DNA of 64,000 nt, taken from NCBI GenBank assembly GCA_000182565.2, contig KQ257459.1; one strand, given 5' to 3'. Below the pieces are notes generated by a model that was given only the letters and a program-made list of their open reading frames with translations, ran no database searches and was not told where the DNA came from. Source of the DNA: Spizellomyces punctatus DAOM BR117 (lineage: Eukaryota). The translations under genes were made by a program, and so were the position numbers. Shown one piece after another: positions 36,472-49,084 of the stretch. How positions within the stretch are numbered: the stretch's first letter is position 1; each line of letters begins with the position of its first letter.

Positions 36472-39400
36472 ATGTTCATATACCTGAGTAAAAAGGTGTG
36501 TGGAAAGATCAGCATACTTTTATGAAGTTCCAAAATGACATGTTGCAATTGTAGATCGCGATTCCGAACGGGGTCAAACTTCGTACAGTGGCATGGAACA
36601 ACGACCAAGGATGGATAGCATGTGGTGGGGAAGAGGGATTACTAAAGGTGCTCAAGCTTGAGAATGCCGCAAATGCATCTGGAGCTGGAGATGGGCAAAC
36701 AGGAGGGAATGAGCGCTTGAATAAAGCAGCAGCTGCGCCCTCAAATTTGTCGATGAATCAAACTCTGGAAGGACACAACGGTAGTTATTAAACATCCAGC
36801 AAACCATGTCAAGAAATCTTCTTGTTCTCATGCGCCCGTTTTAGGAGCTGTTGTGGTATCCACATGGAATATCCAGCACCGGAAACTCACAACATCTGAC
36901 GACAACGGGTTGATTATTGTGTGGATACTGTACAAAGGGATTTGGTATGAAGAAATGATAAATAACCGTAACAAAAGCGTGGTGTCGGATATGCAGTGGA
37001 ACAAAGATGGGGGCAAGATCTGCATTATTTATGAAGACGGTGAGTGCAATCTACTGTAAGTGATGATGAAGGAACCATTGTTTGATCTCTCGTTTTGACA
37101 GGGGCGGTGATTGTTGGTTCTGTGGATGGGAATAGGTTATGGGGCAAGGAGCTGAAAACAAATCTTTCCCATGTACAATGGACACCCGATGGACAGCGCA
37201 TTCTCTTTGGCACTGCTGCCGGAGAGCTGCACTTATATGATAGCACAGGTGCTTTCATGGTGAGAAATGACTTTTTGCATTCTTATTTGGAAGGACGCTG
37301 AAGAAAGGATCCGATTTAGACAAAGGTTCAAAATTACTGCAGCGATTCAGCAGCATCCATGAAGATCGCGGCCATGGACTGGTAAGTGCACGCAATCATG
37401 AACGCATCGGTCCAATTTCTGAGTTTGACAATCTAGGTATAATGGNNNNNNNNNNNNNNNNNNNNNNNNNNNNNNNNNNNNNNNNNNNNNNNNNNNNNNN
37501 NNNNNNNNNNNNNNNNNNNNNNNNNNNNNNNNNNNNNNNNNNNNNATGGCTTCATTGAGCCAAAAATTGCCTGCCTGGCATCTGCTTTGAGAACGGAAAA
37601 ATACAGCTTATGCGTGATGAGATGGATGTCGGTTAGTATATACATTACAGAGAAGCTATTAATGGTACACGGCTGAGTCGATATTCAATACAGCGCCTAT
37701 AATTATTGACACAAACTTACGGCATCTGAATATGAAGTGGAACAACAACGGTTCGCTTCTTGCTGTGGCAGGTGTGCAGTATGCACGCAATGCACAAGGG
37801 GAGGAGAAAGAAATCAATGTGGTTCAGTTTTATGATCCGTATGGTCAGGTGCGGGAACACCTGCTTTCGATTGATTCTGAAAAAAACTACTCACTTTCAA
37901 AACGCACAATTAGTTTTTGCGCCTGCTAAAAGTCCCAGGAAAGCGCATAAACGCGTTATCGTGGGAGTACAGTGGACTCCGCATTGCACTTGCTGTCGAT
38001 TCTTTCATTTACTTCGCAAACGTTCGGCCGGATTACAAATGGACGTTTTTTGCCGGGGATGTTCTGGCATACACGTATCATCGCCCTGACAGGACCGAAA
38101 GTGCGCTCACTTTCTGGAATACGAAAACAAACGAAAAATACACAAAGTAGGGAGCGACACTCGTTTGAATTGACGGAGCTCAGTGTATATATGCTCACCC
38201 AATTTGAACAGACCTGTAAGCAAGCTTCTCCTAATGACTTCATTTGGAGAGCACAGCTTACTCGTGACGAAGCTGGACGAGGAAGGCACAGACCAGTAAG
38301 GGCTTCATCGCGTATTACTCTCATCACAGTCCGCACTCTTACACCAATGTTATGGTCAGGTACATACTGACTGTGGTGAACGCAATTGGGACGCCGCAGG
38401 AAAGCAAATATATCGAATTCGAGCCTAAGTTTGCCGCAATCACCAAGCATCACGTCTTTGTGGCATCCTCCGATATTGTTCTACATTGGCACTTCAAAGT
38501 CGCTGCTACCACGAGATTGACGGCACTTGATGGCAGGTCACTAGCATTCGGTAAATAATGTACGACAACTAACCAACATTGAAACTAGTCGTTCGTCGAA
38601 CGGATGCGCGCGAAAGGGCGTTCCACATCGACGACGTAACCATCGTTGGGGCGGGTATTAGTGGTGCATCTGTTCTGGACTTGAAAACAAAACGGTGCGC
38701 CAATGTTTGCATCACAATAACCGCCTTGTTCAGTACTTGATACTTGACCTCTATTGATAGTGCAACAGCAGATGCCATCGTAAGCATTGCAGCATGTGAT
38801 GCGACACTCTTGGTAGCACGGCTGTCGGGCTCGATACATCAGTTTGTCCTGCCATCCATGACCTTGGACAATAAATATTCAATTCCATTCCGCCCGCAAT
38901 CGATCTCTCTCAACTGCGATGCCAGTAGAGTGGCGATTCTGGATTCATCTGGAATGCTCAAATTGATGGAACTGGAGAAGAAGACACCGGGCCTGCCAAA
39001 GACAAGCCGCGGTACCGGGGCTCCCGTGCCGGGCGGTATGGCCGGTATACCCTCTGATCCCGGAAAGGTACGGGTAGACTCATACATATGAAGGTTGCTC
39101 ACTGCAAATGACTAGGATTGTTTATTACGATTCATAGCGTGATGGCGGGAATCTGTTAAATTTTGAGAGAAAGGACGTTTGGGATATTCGCTGGTTAGTA
39201 TCCATGTGAACGGATCCCATGTACCCATCATTGGTCCTCAAAACGCCCACCTGCAGGTCCGACGACAATCCAGAACTTTTCGCAATTATGGAGAAGACGC
39301 GTATGTACGTCTTCCGTAACTTGGATCCAGAAGAACCCATTACGTGCGCGGGATGTAAGCTTCCCATCTCAGAGATGGTTCATGCGCATCGCTACTCTTA

Positions 39401-41786
39401 CACTTTCTCTATCAGATATATGTTGCTTCAATAATCTTCAGATCAAAGCGGCAATGCTGGACGAAATTATGTTGCAACCTGACACACCGTCCAGAGAGCA
39501 GTTAATTAACATTGAAACAAAATCTCTGCGGGATACGCGAAGTAAGGCGGTTTGAACCTGAAGGACCCTGCTTCAAAACGCTTACTTCTTTTGTCGCTAG
39601 ATATCTTGTCGCAAGTTGGTCTCGCAGATGGCCATCAGTTTGTGGAGGACAATCCACATCCTCGTCTGTGGAAACTTATCGTTGATGCTGCCTTGGAGCA
39701 ACTCGACTTTAATATCGCTCAGAAAGCGCTGGTGAAGTGCATGGATTACCCTGGTCTGCAATTTATCAAAAGACTTCAGAAGATGGACGTAAGTTGTAGC
39801 TAATCATATCTTGTCAGAGTAAGTCAGAAGTTAAAGCTTTCATGAACAGGACAATCTGAAGCAAAGAGCTGAAATTGCGGCTTTTTTTGGTCAATATGAG
39901 GTGGCTGAAAAGGTATATCTTGATATGGACCGAAAAGACCTTGCCATTGAGCTCCGTGAAAAAACTGGAGACTGGTTTCGAGTTGTTCAATTGATCAAAA
40001 GCGGCGGTGGAGGTGATGATGTCATGCTGGAGAAGGCCTGGAATCACATTGGTGACTATTATTATGATCGTCAGCGATGGTAGGAGCCTTTTGGAGCCGC
40101 GGTCCAACGCACGACTGCTAATGTGGATGACCATAGGTCCCAAGCAGCGACCTACTACGCACAAGGACGGAAATTCGAAAGGCTTGCCGAGTGTTATTAC
40201 CTAGTTGAAGACTATGACGCGCTTGAAAAACTTGCGCTTAACTTACCCGAGGGCAATCCGCTACTCAGGGTAATCTATCCTCCGTGCTTTGCGGACTCTA
40301 TTCTGACGGCTAACCAGCTGGTAAACTCAGGATATAGCAGAGAACTTTGTCAGCGTGGGTCTTGTCGAAGAAGCAGTTCGAGCTTATCTGAAAATTGGGG
40401 ACATCAAAGCCGCCGTAGATACGTGCGTCCATCTCAATCAGGTCCGGTGCTGCAAACTCCCTGCATTTCCGATGACCAGCGAATCTCATCTCAAGTGGTC
40501 ATTAGTGGAATACAGCTGTAGACTTGGCCCAACGGCATAGCTTTAAAGATATCGAAGGATTGTTGACGCAATATGCCAGTCATCTGCTGGAGAAGGGAAA
40601 GAAGCTCGAAGTGATTGAGTTATACAGGAAGGCGAACTACTGCGAGAAGTCTGCCAATCTGCTATATGAGGTCTGAGTAACATGGCCTACTGGATAGTGT
40701 CACAGCAGATTTACGCCTGTCTGCGATTATAGCTTGCACAAGAAGCGGCAAAGTCGAATAAGAGCCCCTTAATCATCAAGAAGATGTATGTTTTGGCCGC
40801 ACTTGAGGTGGAACGCTATCATCAATTGACAAGGATGGAGCGGGGCGGACAAGAGGCGGTACGTCAAATCTTGTGCAAGTGGGTTGGGATCAACAACAGA
40901 AAACTAAATATGCCCTTTTGTACGTCCTTTTTGCTGCTGTGCTTAGACGAAAGCTGCTTTAGAGGGCTTACTCGCCGAGGATGCAAAAGCCCCTATGGAA
41001 AGCAAGTTTCTCGACAACGCCTGGAGAGGAGCGGAAGCATATCACTTCTACATGCTTGTACAACGGCAGTTTTATGCGGGCAATATTGAAGCTGCTGTCA
41101 AAACAGTATGATTATGTGGTTATCTGCGATATATTTACTTGTTATTAACAGTGGCTATGTTCCAGGCACTACATTTACGCGAATACGATGACATACTTGA
41201 TGCTAAGGTTATATTTAGTCTTCTGGGTCTCGTGAGCATTCATGCGAAGAGATTCGGAGCATGCTCGAAAGCGTTTATGAAACTGGAAGCAATCCCCGCA
41301 ACATCAGATCATGAAGTGGAACAGTTCGAGAAATTAGCATTGAATATCTTTACAAAGTACGTATCCACCTATTGGGAGAATTTGCGAATCTGGTAGCGAC
41401 GTTCTGACCGACAATTTTTAGATATCCACCCCATGAGCCGAAAGGCCATCATGTGGCATGTACAAACTGTGGAGGGGTCATTCGAGACAGGTTCGTGCAA
41501 GATATTCTGACGATCTTCTGTTACTAATTTTCTGCTTTGGTACAGCGATACTTTCTGCACACATTGTCAGGTGACCTTCCCTACCTGCATTGCTTCTGGA
41601 CAACCCATTTTGGACAGCATGCATTTTATGTGTCATGTCTGCAAGCACCGTGCCATCGAGAGCGAAATTGCTGGAATGAGCTGTTGTCCTTTGGTAAGAA
41701 GGTTTATGAATTGGCTCGTCCATGTGACGTTGCCTGGTGACTTTCTTATAATTAACTTAATGTCGTAGTGCCATGCGAGACTGTAG
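36472..41786 (+). CDS. WDR35: IFT-A subunit IFT121/WDR35, more than 20 exons; spans an assembly gap
   Basis: [107 protein letters not shown]-terminal CPLCH. Confidence 0.97.
37446..37545. other. Assembly gap (100 N)
   Basis: Run of N. Confidence 1.
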
Positions 41787-44785
41787 TATATCCATTAGAA
41801 TCCAGTGTATATTTTTATTCTATTAATTTAACGTCCTTTCCCCACGGCTTCATGCTCCCAAAATGTCAGCCTCTGCGTTCTGTGCGGGAAAACCTAACAA
41901 TTGATTCCCTTGAGAGAATCGTCAAATGTCGAGAGCTTGATTTCGGGCACCGATTGGCGCAAGTTGGTTTGGACGTACCAGAAGAGACATCCGCTGGAGA
42001 ATCTTAATGGCTAGATATCTCGTTGGCTCTCGATGATATGCTAATTTTACTGAGGAGGCAAGGATCCACTGACGCTATATCTGAAGCCGAATATAAACAA
42101 AGATCTACTGTGTGAAAACCACGATACTTACTAATGCTACTCTGTAACTGACGCGTGCCACTAGGGAGAGGATATATGCCGTATATCGTCGCTAATCTTC
42201 ATTAGTTTTCATAACTTCATGATGCTATCGTGTGATCTTTCGCTGTGTCCCAGTGGGTCAATCCGACCCGTGACTGTTAAGCGCTTGAAAATTGTCTGTC
42301 ATCATCTCCAGGTATTCTTGCCGTCCTGGCCTAAATTGATGAATACCCTCGTGGCACCTTATGACCTGGCGGCCGTGGCGGCGATGATCTAATGTGGATG
42401 GAGCGCGCCTGGTGGCAGCAACATCAGCGATGCAATTGCTCCTACCGCTATAGGAGGAGGTGAGAATACGGCGTCGGCGACCGGCCGGGAGTTTGCTAAT
42501 AGCTGCCCTGAGAGAAACTTCTTTTACCTGAAGTTATGAGGGTGCCCTCTCTTGGCTCTGCCGCTATCTTTGTGGAATCAAGCAGATCCTTATAACGGAC
42601 CTGGCGTCAGCCCATAAAGTTTGAAGCGGATACTATGAGATCGTGGCTATACTCGTCGTTCCGGTATCTCATCTATAAAATGGTCAGGATCTAAGGATGT
42701 GGCTAGATTCTGATTTGAGGCCGTCGACAGCACCGGAGAGGTCCCGGATTTGCTTCAGATTTGCTCTCAGTTTCCGCAACTGGGTATAGTGGAATGCGAC
42801 ATAATGCCACAATGCCGTAAATGGTAGAGGTTTGCAGGGGTTGCTACAGGAGGGACGGGGGAGCTTGTAGAGCGCATTGGTAGGAAGCGTACACAGCCAA
42901 ACACGGCGATAAGTCATGAAGCGGTCGGCCGTTTTTCAATTGATGTTAGAACCGGCCCACCGTTGCGGACGTTCACTTGCCCCAGGCTCAGGCTTACGTG
43001 CCCCAATGTTTCGCGTGACTAAACCACCGAGTTGCCCGGTTCTGATAAATTCCGGCTACTTGGTCCAACCAAATCGTTGAACGCAGCTACAGAAAATATG
43101 TATGAAAAAGCAACAAATATCTGCTTCCCAATGTTGATTTCCCATGTACAGAGCTAAAGATTGGTGGCTGTATGAAAACCCAAGTTTTTTCAAAAGTGTC
43201 CACTTAATAATTGTGAATGCGGACAGCGTGGTAACCTTTCCTGCTTCAAAAAGACCTGGTTTCCCTACCAAAGACAAATTTGGTCTGAGACCATACGCTT
43301 CGGCGAACGTTAACACCAAGTTGTTCCCGCAGGTGTTGCATGCTATGCAATACGAACCTCAGCACACATTTTCTCGTTTACCCTTGAGTAATCTTCTATA
43401 GCGGCTTCTTTTTGTCTGTCCTAATGATTTCTACCTTTCCAACTGCTGGATTAATGTAATTGATGCTATTGTGGCAGGGATCTTGACTCTAGAAAGAATG
43501 GGCATTGAAGTGCGACTCGCAAAATGTCCAACCTTTTAGGTGATGAACGTCTTATCCCTTTTCAATAGGCAATCCATAGAAAACAGTTTACAGCACGCTT
43601 TTTCCTCCTAATGTGTGCTCATGGAGAAAGGTGTCTCTGACTTGAGTTTTAGTTATTAGCTGTGCTTTTGACCATTGTCGACATGTATGTGGGCAAAAAA
43701 GACTGTTCAGTAATGCAGCCACTGGATCGAATGAAATGAAATGCAAAATGCCTGGATTTAGGCAAATAAACTATGGTTCGATGCACAAAAGATGCTCCAT
43801 CATGAGAAAATGGGTCCAATACCTGTGGCCATGAACAGATTGCAATTACTATCCCTTGCGGCCATTGGATGAGGAATATTCTGCAGTTGCCACCTGCATG
43901 ACGCTAAATGACTCAATATATCCACTCTTTTTTCTATATAACCCCCCCCTCTTCTTCTTCCCTCTTGTTCTTTACCCTCGACTCGCAAGCATCTGCCCAA
44001 CATATCTCAGTCCATCATCATGAGAATGCCACTCTGGTGTCAAGGACCTCGCCCTCCTGACTACAACAACAACATAACCCCTTGCAAACACTATTACTAC
44101 TATTCCGCTACGATCGCAGGTATGCATTATCTTTGTATTTTCCCATGCCCGTATTCCAAGTCTAATTCTGATCTACCTTAGTATCTGAACATCCTCTGAC
44201 TAAAGAATTTCGGAATCAAGGGCTTAGTAGGATTTCTCTCGTGTGGTGGGCTTAGTTACCCGGTTAGAACAACCGTAATGTATTGCATGTGTAATTGGGC
44301 CTAGTCGTAGTTGGTTGTAAGGAGGGAATTGGCTTTTCCGGGCTGGTTGTCGCCAGTCTATTCCCTGGTGTATTGTGTTGTGACATTAGTTCTTGCCAAT
44401 ACACTACGATATTCGGGTCAGAACAGTTGACATGAAGACCTTACGCAAGCCCCAAGCCCCGTAGTCCATATTTGGGTTTATGAGACGCGTGCAGCATTCG
44501 GACACTTGCGGACATCTGTCACGTCGGTCAGATTTCACACTTCAAAGCGAGCGAGATCGTCAAGAATTTTCGAGATCCCATTGTCCCATTCTCAGGACGG
44601 CGTTGGCTGCGACAATTTTCGAGAATCCAACTCTTCTTGAATCCTCTTGAATTTTGCATAACTTGGAATACTTCCGGTCCTTGTCTCCAACCAAATAAAG
44701 CGAACTTCCACCGCCATTTTTTGCGGAAGAACACCGACTGACAAAGCCGGTTGCCGTGCCATAGGATTTCCGGATCACATATGTT

Positions 44786-47320
44786 ATGAACGGTGGAACA
44801 AGATTAACAAGTGGTACGCAACCTGGAGGAAATTACGCAATGAACTCTCGAATGTCAACGATTGGAATTGGAGGGCCTCGACCTTCACTCGGACCACCGA
44901 GGATGTCCTTAGCCAGGGGAGGAGGTCCTATAGGTGGAATGGCGGGAATGGCGGATGGGCTGGCTGCAGGACGGACGTCTGATGCGCGTATGTCAGGGAT
45001 TGGAAGAACGATGGGTGCCGTATCCAGGTTCGTCAAGCACCGTAGGAATATCTTTGGCAGCATAGCTCAATTTGAACTAAGCAACTCATCATCTAGACGC
45101 TCCAGCCAGTATGCTGGCCGACCGTCGAATATGGGAACTGGAGGCGCAACCATCATAACTAAAGACCCTCGTCAGATACGAGACAAGTCATGGCAGGCAA
45201 ACGCCATTCGTTCGCTTATCAACTTCTTGGTGCAAAGCGGGTACAATCAAGCTGTATCAGTCAAAACCCTACAGGCACCTTCCGCAAAGGATTTCCAAAA
45301 TATATTCAAATTCCTCTACGCCCAACTTGATCCCGACTACGTGTTTCAAAAAAAATTTGAAGAAGAAGTTCCGCCAATACTGAAAGGACTGAGGTGAGCT
45401 ATCCTGTGATGCAAAGTGCGACCAATTGACTGACATTGCACATGCAGGTATCCGTTTGCCGATCAGATTAGCAAGTCACACCTATATTCCGTCGGGTCCA
45501 TGCATGCATGGCCAACACTATTGGCAATGCTCACATGGATTGTAGAGCTGATTTGTGTAGGTGTGAGAAGCAGTGCACACAGTCTGATGTGTATGTTCGA
45601 CTAATGCGCTAATCATCTGCAGTGCTGTGATGCTATGGATAATGAAAATGACATCGACGACGGAACCGGCATTCAGGACGACATACAACCGGAAAAGATG
45701 TTCTTCAACTATGTCACGCAGGCATATGGGGTCTTCTTGCAGGGAGACGATAATTATGAGTATATGGATAAAGAGCTTATTGACAGTTTCGGTATGTTGA
45801 TGATGCGGATATGCTCACTTAAATCAATCGTTAACCAAAATGTTTAGATAGGAAAAACGAGAAGGTGCTCAAGGCATTGGAGCGCCTAGAAACGGAACAT
45901 GATGCATTGGAAAAGGAATGGACCCACCTGACCGAAAGCGAAGTAAGTTCTACAAGTGATACACGTTCGCTCAGGAAGGACTAACACCAGCGATATTTGG
46001 CAGTCTCCCGTGGTCTTACTTGAGCGAGAGAGCAGAATTCTAGAATCCGACAAAGAGAAGTTTAGGCAGTATATACAGCACGTGGAGGGCAAAATACAAA
46101 AGTTCCAAGACGCGATATTGACGCTTAAAGAAGATCTTGAGGCGAAAGGTAAGAGTTCCCTTGTTTCTCATTGTGGTGCTTTCTTTGTGATGATTCATGT
46201 TCTCTCCCGTAATTAAGAGAAAGAAGGGGAGCAGCTTGCTGACGAGAAGGCTCAACTGCAACGAACTGTGGATGCACAGGAAATTTCGCCAGCAGACGTT
46301 GATCGAATGACAGCCGAAAGAGAGCAGCTCAATCAGACTCTGGGAACTGTAGCCGTGAAAATGGACGAAGCAAACAAAAGCCTCTGGGACAAGGAGATCA
46401 CCATGCAAAAAAAGATGGATCACGTCAGTGTTCAGCTCGTTTCCGTTGATTTTTCACATAATGGAAGGCTGATTTTAAGATTTGAACGGAAACATATAGT
46501 TGGAAAAGTTAATCCAGGAGTACAATACGTTTGCCTACAAACTTGGCTTGCTGGGGCCAGACTCAGCAGCGGCAGAGTTAGCGGTGGAATTAGAACTGCG
46601 CGTGCACGCGAGCAGACCGGACCAAATGGTCTCCCTAGATCTACGTAACCAAGCAAAAGTAGGTCTGAGCTATTGATGCAATGCTGATTAGGTACTAACT
46701 GGTCTGCAGCCAAGCTTGACTCAACTTCGATCAAAATTCAATTCGAAGTTGCACCAAGCGCAGGATGATGTGATAGCATTGCAAGAAACCATGGATAACC
46801 TGAACTGGTCATTCACGCAAAAGAAAGAAGAACTTGGCGAGATTGAGAGTCAAATACGACAATTGGCCGACCGCTACCGACAGGAGCAAGAGGTGCGTAC
46901 CTCATATGCCCAAGTTCGTCTTAAATGGGTCGCGCTAACCATCCTTCCAGCATATTGGTATTGCAAACAATGCCAGCAACGAGGAGATCCAGCAATATGA
47001 ACGAAATATACAACGAATCAAGATTGAGGCTAACGGGGCTTTAATCCAGTCACAACAAAAAATGCAGAAGGCTGTCGTTGAGTACGTCTCCATCAAACAT
47101 TATATTCTTGACATCCACTCTGACATCAATTATTAGATACGATCAACTTTCTCGAAACTGCACAGAACACCGAGAGCGATTGCTCAACCAACTTGCCAAA
47201 GCTCTGGTAGAGGTTTTCAACTTCCACCAGCATGTCCACGGCCAACTTGAGGAACTGCATAAGGAAGCAGAAGTGCATTTCAAGGAGGCCGTGCTGGATG
47301 CGGATAGGAGTAATCGATAA
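44786..47320 (+). CDS. NDC80: Kinetochore protein Ndc80/Hec1, multi-exon; start approximate
   Basis: KDPRQIRDKSWQ, PSAKDFQNIFKFLY..LDP, ILKGLRYPF, VGSMHAWPTLLAMLTW, QEISPADVDRMTAERE, long coiled coil. Confidence 0.95.
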
Positions 47321-47590
47321 TATTGGCATTACTCCACCAAGATTCAATAGAATTGGCACCAAGAGTGAACTGAAAGAATAAGTCTGATAGTTATTACCCC
47401 ATATTTTATGTATGAACATTGAAAGTCATTGAAAGTAACGTCGTTCAGATCTACATGTGTGGCGTGGGATGTCCAAGCCACTGTGCGCGGAGGACTCTCA
47501 GTCGCAGGGAAAGACGGCGAGTTGCTCATTTCGCCATTAGCAATTGACGTCCTGTTGCCTTGACCTACAGACTCTGAACCAAGCGGTGGG

Positions 47591-48520
47591 ATGCCTACTT
47601 ACACTCTTGCCGTTCCGCCCATACTTCGACGGCGTGCAAGCCTGGCATTTCTCGCAATTACCTGTACACTCCTTTTCCTTATCTTCCCGTGGATAACGTC
47701 AACTGTGAATCCGGCCACGACTGCCCAATTCAACAAGTCAAAAGCGCAGGACTTGCAGTCCCACCATTTGTCTACAAGGGTTGTTCTTTCCTTAACATCC
47801 TTTGGGGGCCGTGTTGAAAATATCAATGAAACGTTGGCTTCACTTGTTGCTCAGTCCCGAACACCTGACGCCATTTACCTCATAGTCCCGTCGGAACCAA
47901 TACATCGAGTGGATGAAAAGTCCACTACCTCAGTCTCTGACGAGTTCTTGAAGGGCTTGGAAGCTGGATTTGCACCTCTTTTGACGGTGTTGAGGACAGA
48001 AGATTGGGGACCGGCGACAAAATTACTTGGGGCGTTAACGGTTGAAAAAGACCCGAATACGATTGTCGTTACTGTTGATGACGATTCTACATACCATCCT
48101 GATATGCTGCTTGGGTTGGTAATGGCAAGCCACGAGCATCCGAACAACGCTGCATCTTATGTCTGCGAATTCCAGCCTTGGTGGGCATGGATTATTGATC
48201 GCGGACTGGCTATTAGGCAATGGTGGGAGGGGCCTTGTAAAGGTTGGGCAAACGCCTTCAAGGGCGTCGCTTACAGAGTAGGATGGTTTGGTGAGGAAAT
48301 GTGGGATTGGTCGCGTGCGCCCAAGGGCTGCAAATTGCACGATGATGTTTGGATTAGTGGTAATCTATATAGGAAAGGGATCCGACCTTGGGTAGCTGTC
48401 CCTCCGTTTGATCCGCTGGTAGCTCACAGAAGGCACCCCACACTGTCCATTAATGCGGTGAAGGACACCGAATCGGCGTACCGAAACCCGTGTCTGGAAT
48501 ACTTTGGGCATTTTGCTTGA
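47591..48520 (+). CDS. Type II membrane glycosyltransferase (GT-A fold), single exon
   Basis: N-terminal TM anchor; VVLSLTSF..R, DWGPATKLL, IVVTVDDD (DxD), HDDVWISG. Confidence 0.85.
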   Translation: MPTYTLAVPPILRRRASLAFLAITCTLLFLIFPWITSTVNPATTAQFNKSKAQDLQSHHLSTRVVLSLTSFGGRVENINETLASLVAQSRTPDAIYLIVPSEPIHRVDEKSTTSVSDEFLKGLEAGFAPLLTVLRTEDWGPATKLLGALTVEKDPNTIVVTVDDDSTYHPDMLLGLVMASHEHPNNAASYVCEFQPWWAWIIDRGLAIRQWWEGPCKGWANAFKGVAYRVGWFGEEMWDWSRAPKGCKLHDDVWISGNLYRKGIRPWVAVPPFDPLVAHRRHPTLSINAVKDTESAYRNPCLEYFGHFA

Positions 48521-49084
48521 TATGTATATAGGATAGTCCCTGTAACTTGCACTTTTAATTTAATCGGTGCTTGAGCGGTGCGCACAATAGAATAGCTCGG
48601 TGACATGAGAACTGAAAAGAAACTGGTTGCGCACGCATTTGACCGTGTTATTGCGAAAACAAATAAACCCAACGAGACCATGAAAACCAGCCCAAAAAAA
48701 ACACAGAGAAAAAGAAAAAGCCAAATGTCAAATCTCACTTTGAAGTGATAGAGGTGTCCAGAGTATGAGAATCATCCCTATAATAACCCTGTCAAATCTT
48801 TGCTGTTTAAATACAGCGCCGCTCCTGCCTGTCACCCAACCCACACAAATCCAAGATCACAACCCGGTGTCAAGTAAACTCGGAGTAAACGAACAATTTT
48901 AAGCAAAAGCAATGGTAAACGCTCGTAGAACGTTGCCCTCTCCTCAGGTCCGGGGGTATTCCCTTCGCGGCCACTCTCTCAATGCCGCATCCAAAAATAT
49001 AGAACGAAAACAAACCAATAAAAAAACACCAGCACTCAAAAACGGTAAGCCGTTCTCTCCTACAATCCTCAAGAATAATACCTG

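Noticed and set aside
42517..42535. ACTTC-TTTTACCT-GAAGT hairpin resembling U5 snRNA loop 1
   Set aside because: Lacks the invariant GCCTTTTAC loop, the extended stem and an Sm site
42580..42672. In-frame TGA on the - strand, considered as selenocysteine
   Set aside because: The TGA lies within a CTGAC branch point of a plausible intron; no selenoprotein motif or SECIS recognised
44485..44490. ACGCGT (MCB) element upstream of NDC80
   Set aside because: A single 6-mer is expected frequently by chance
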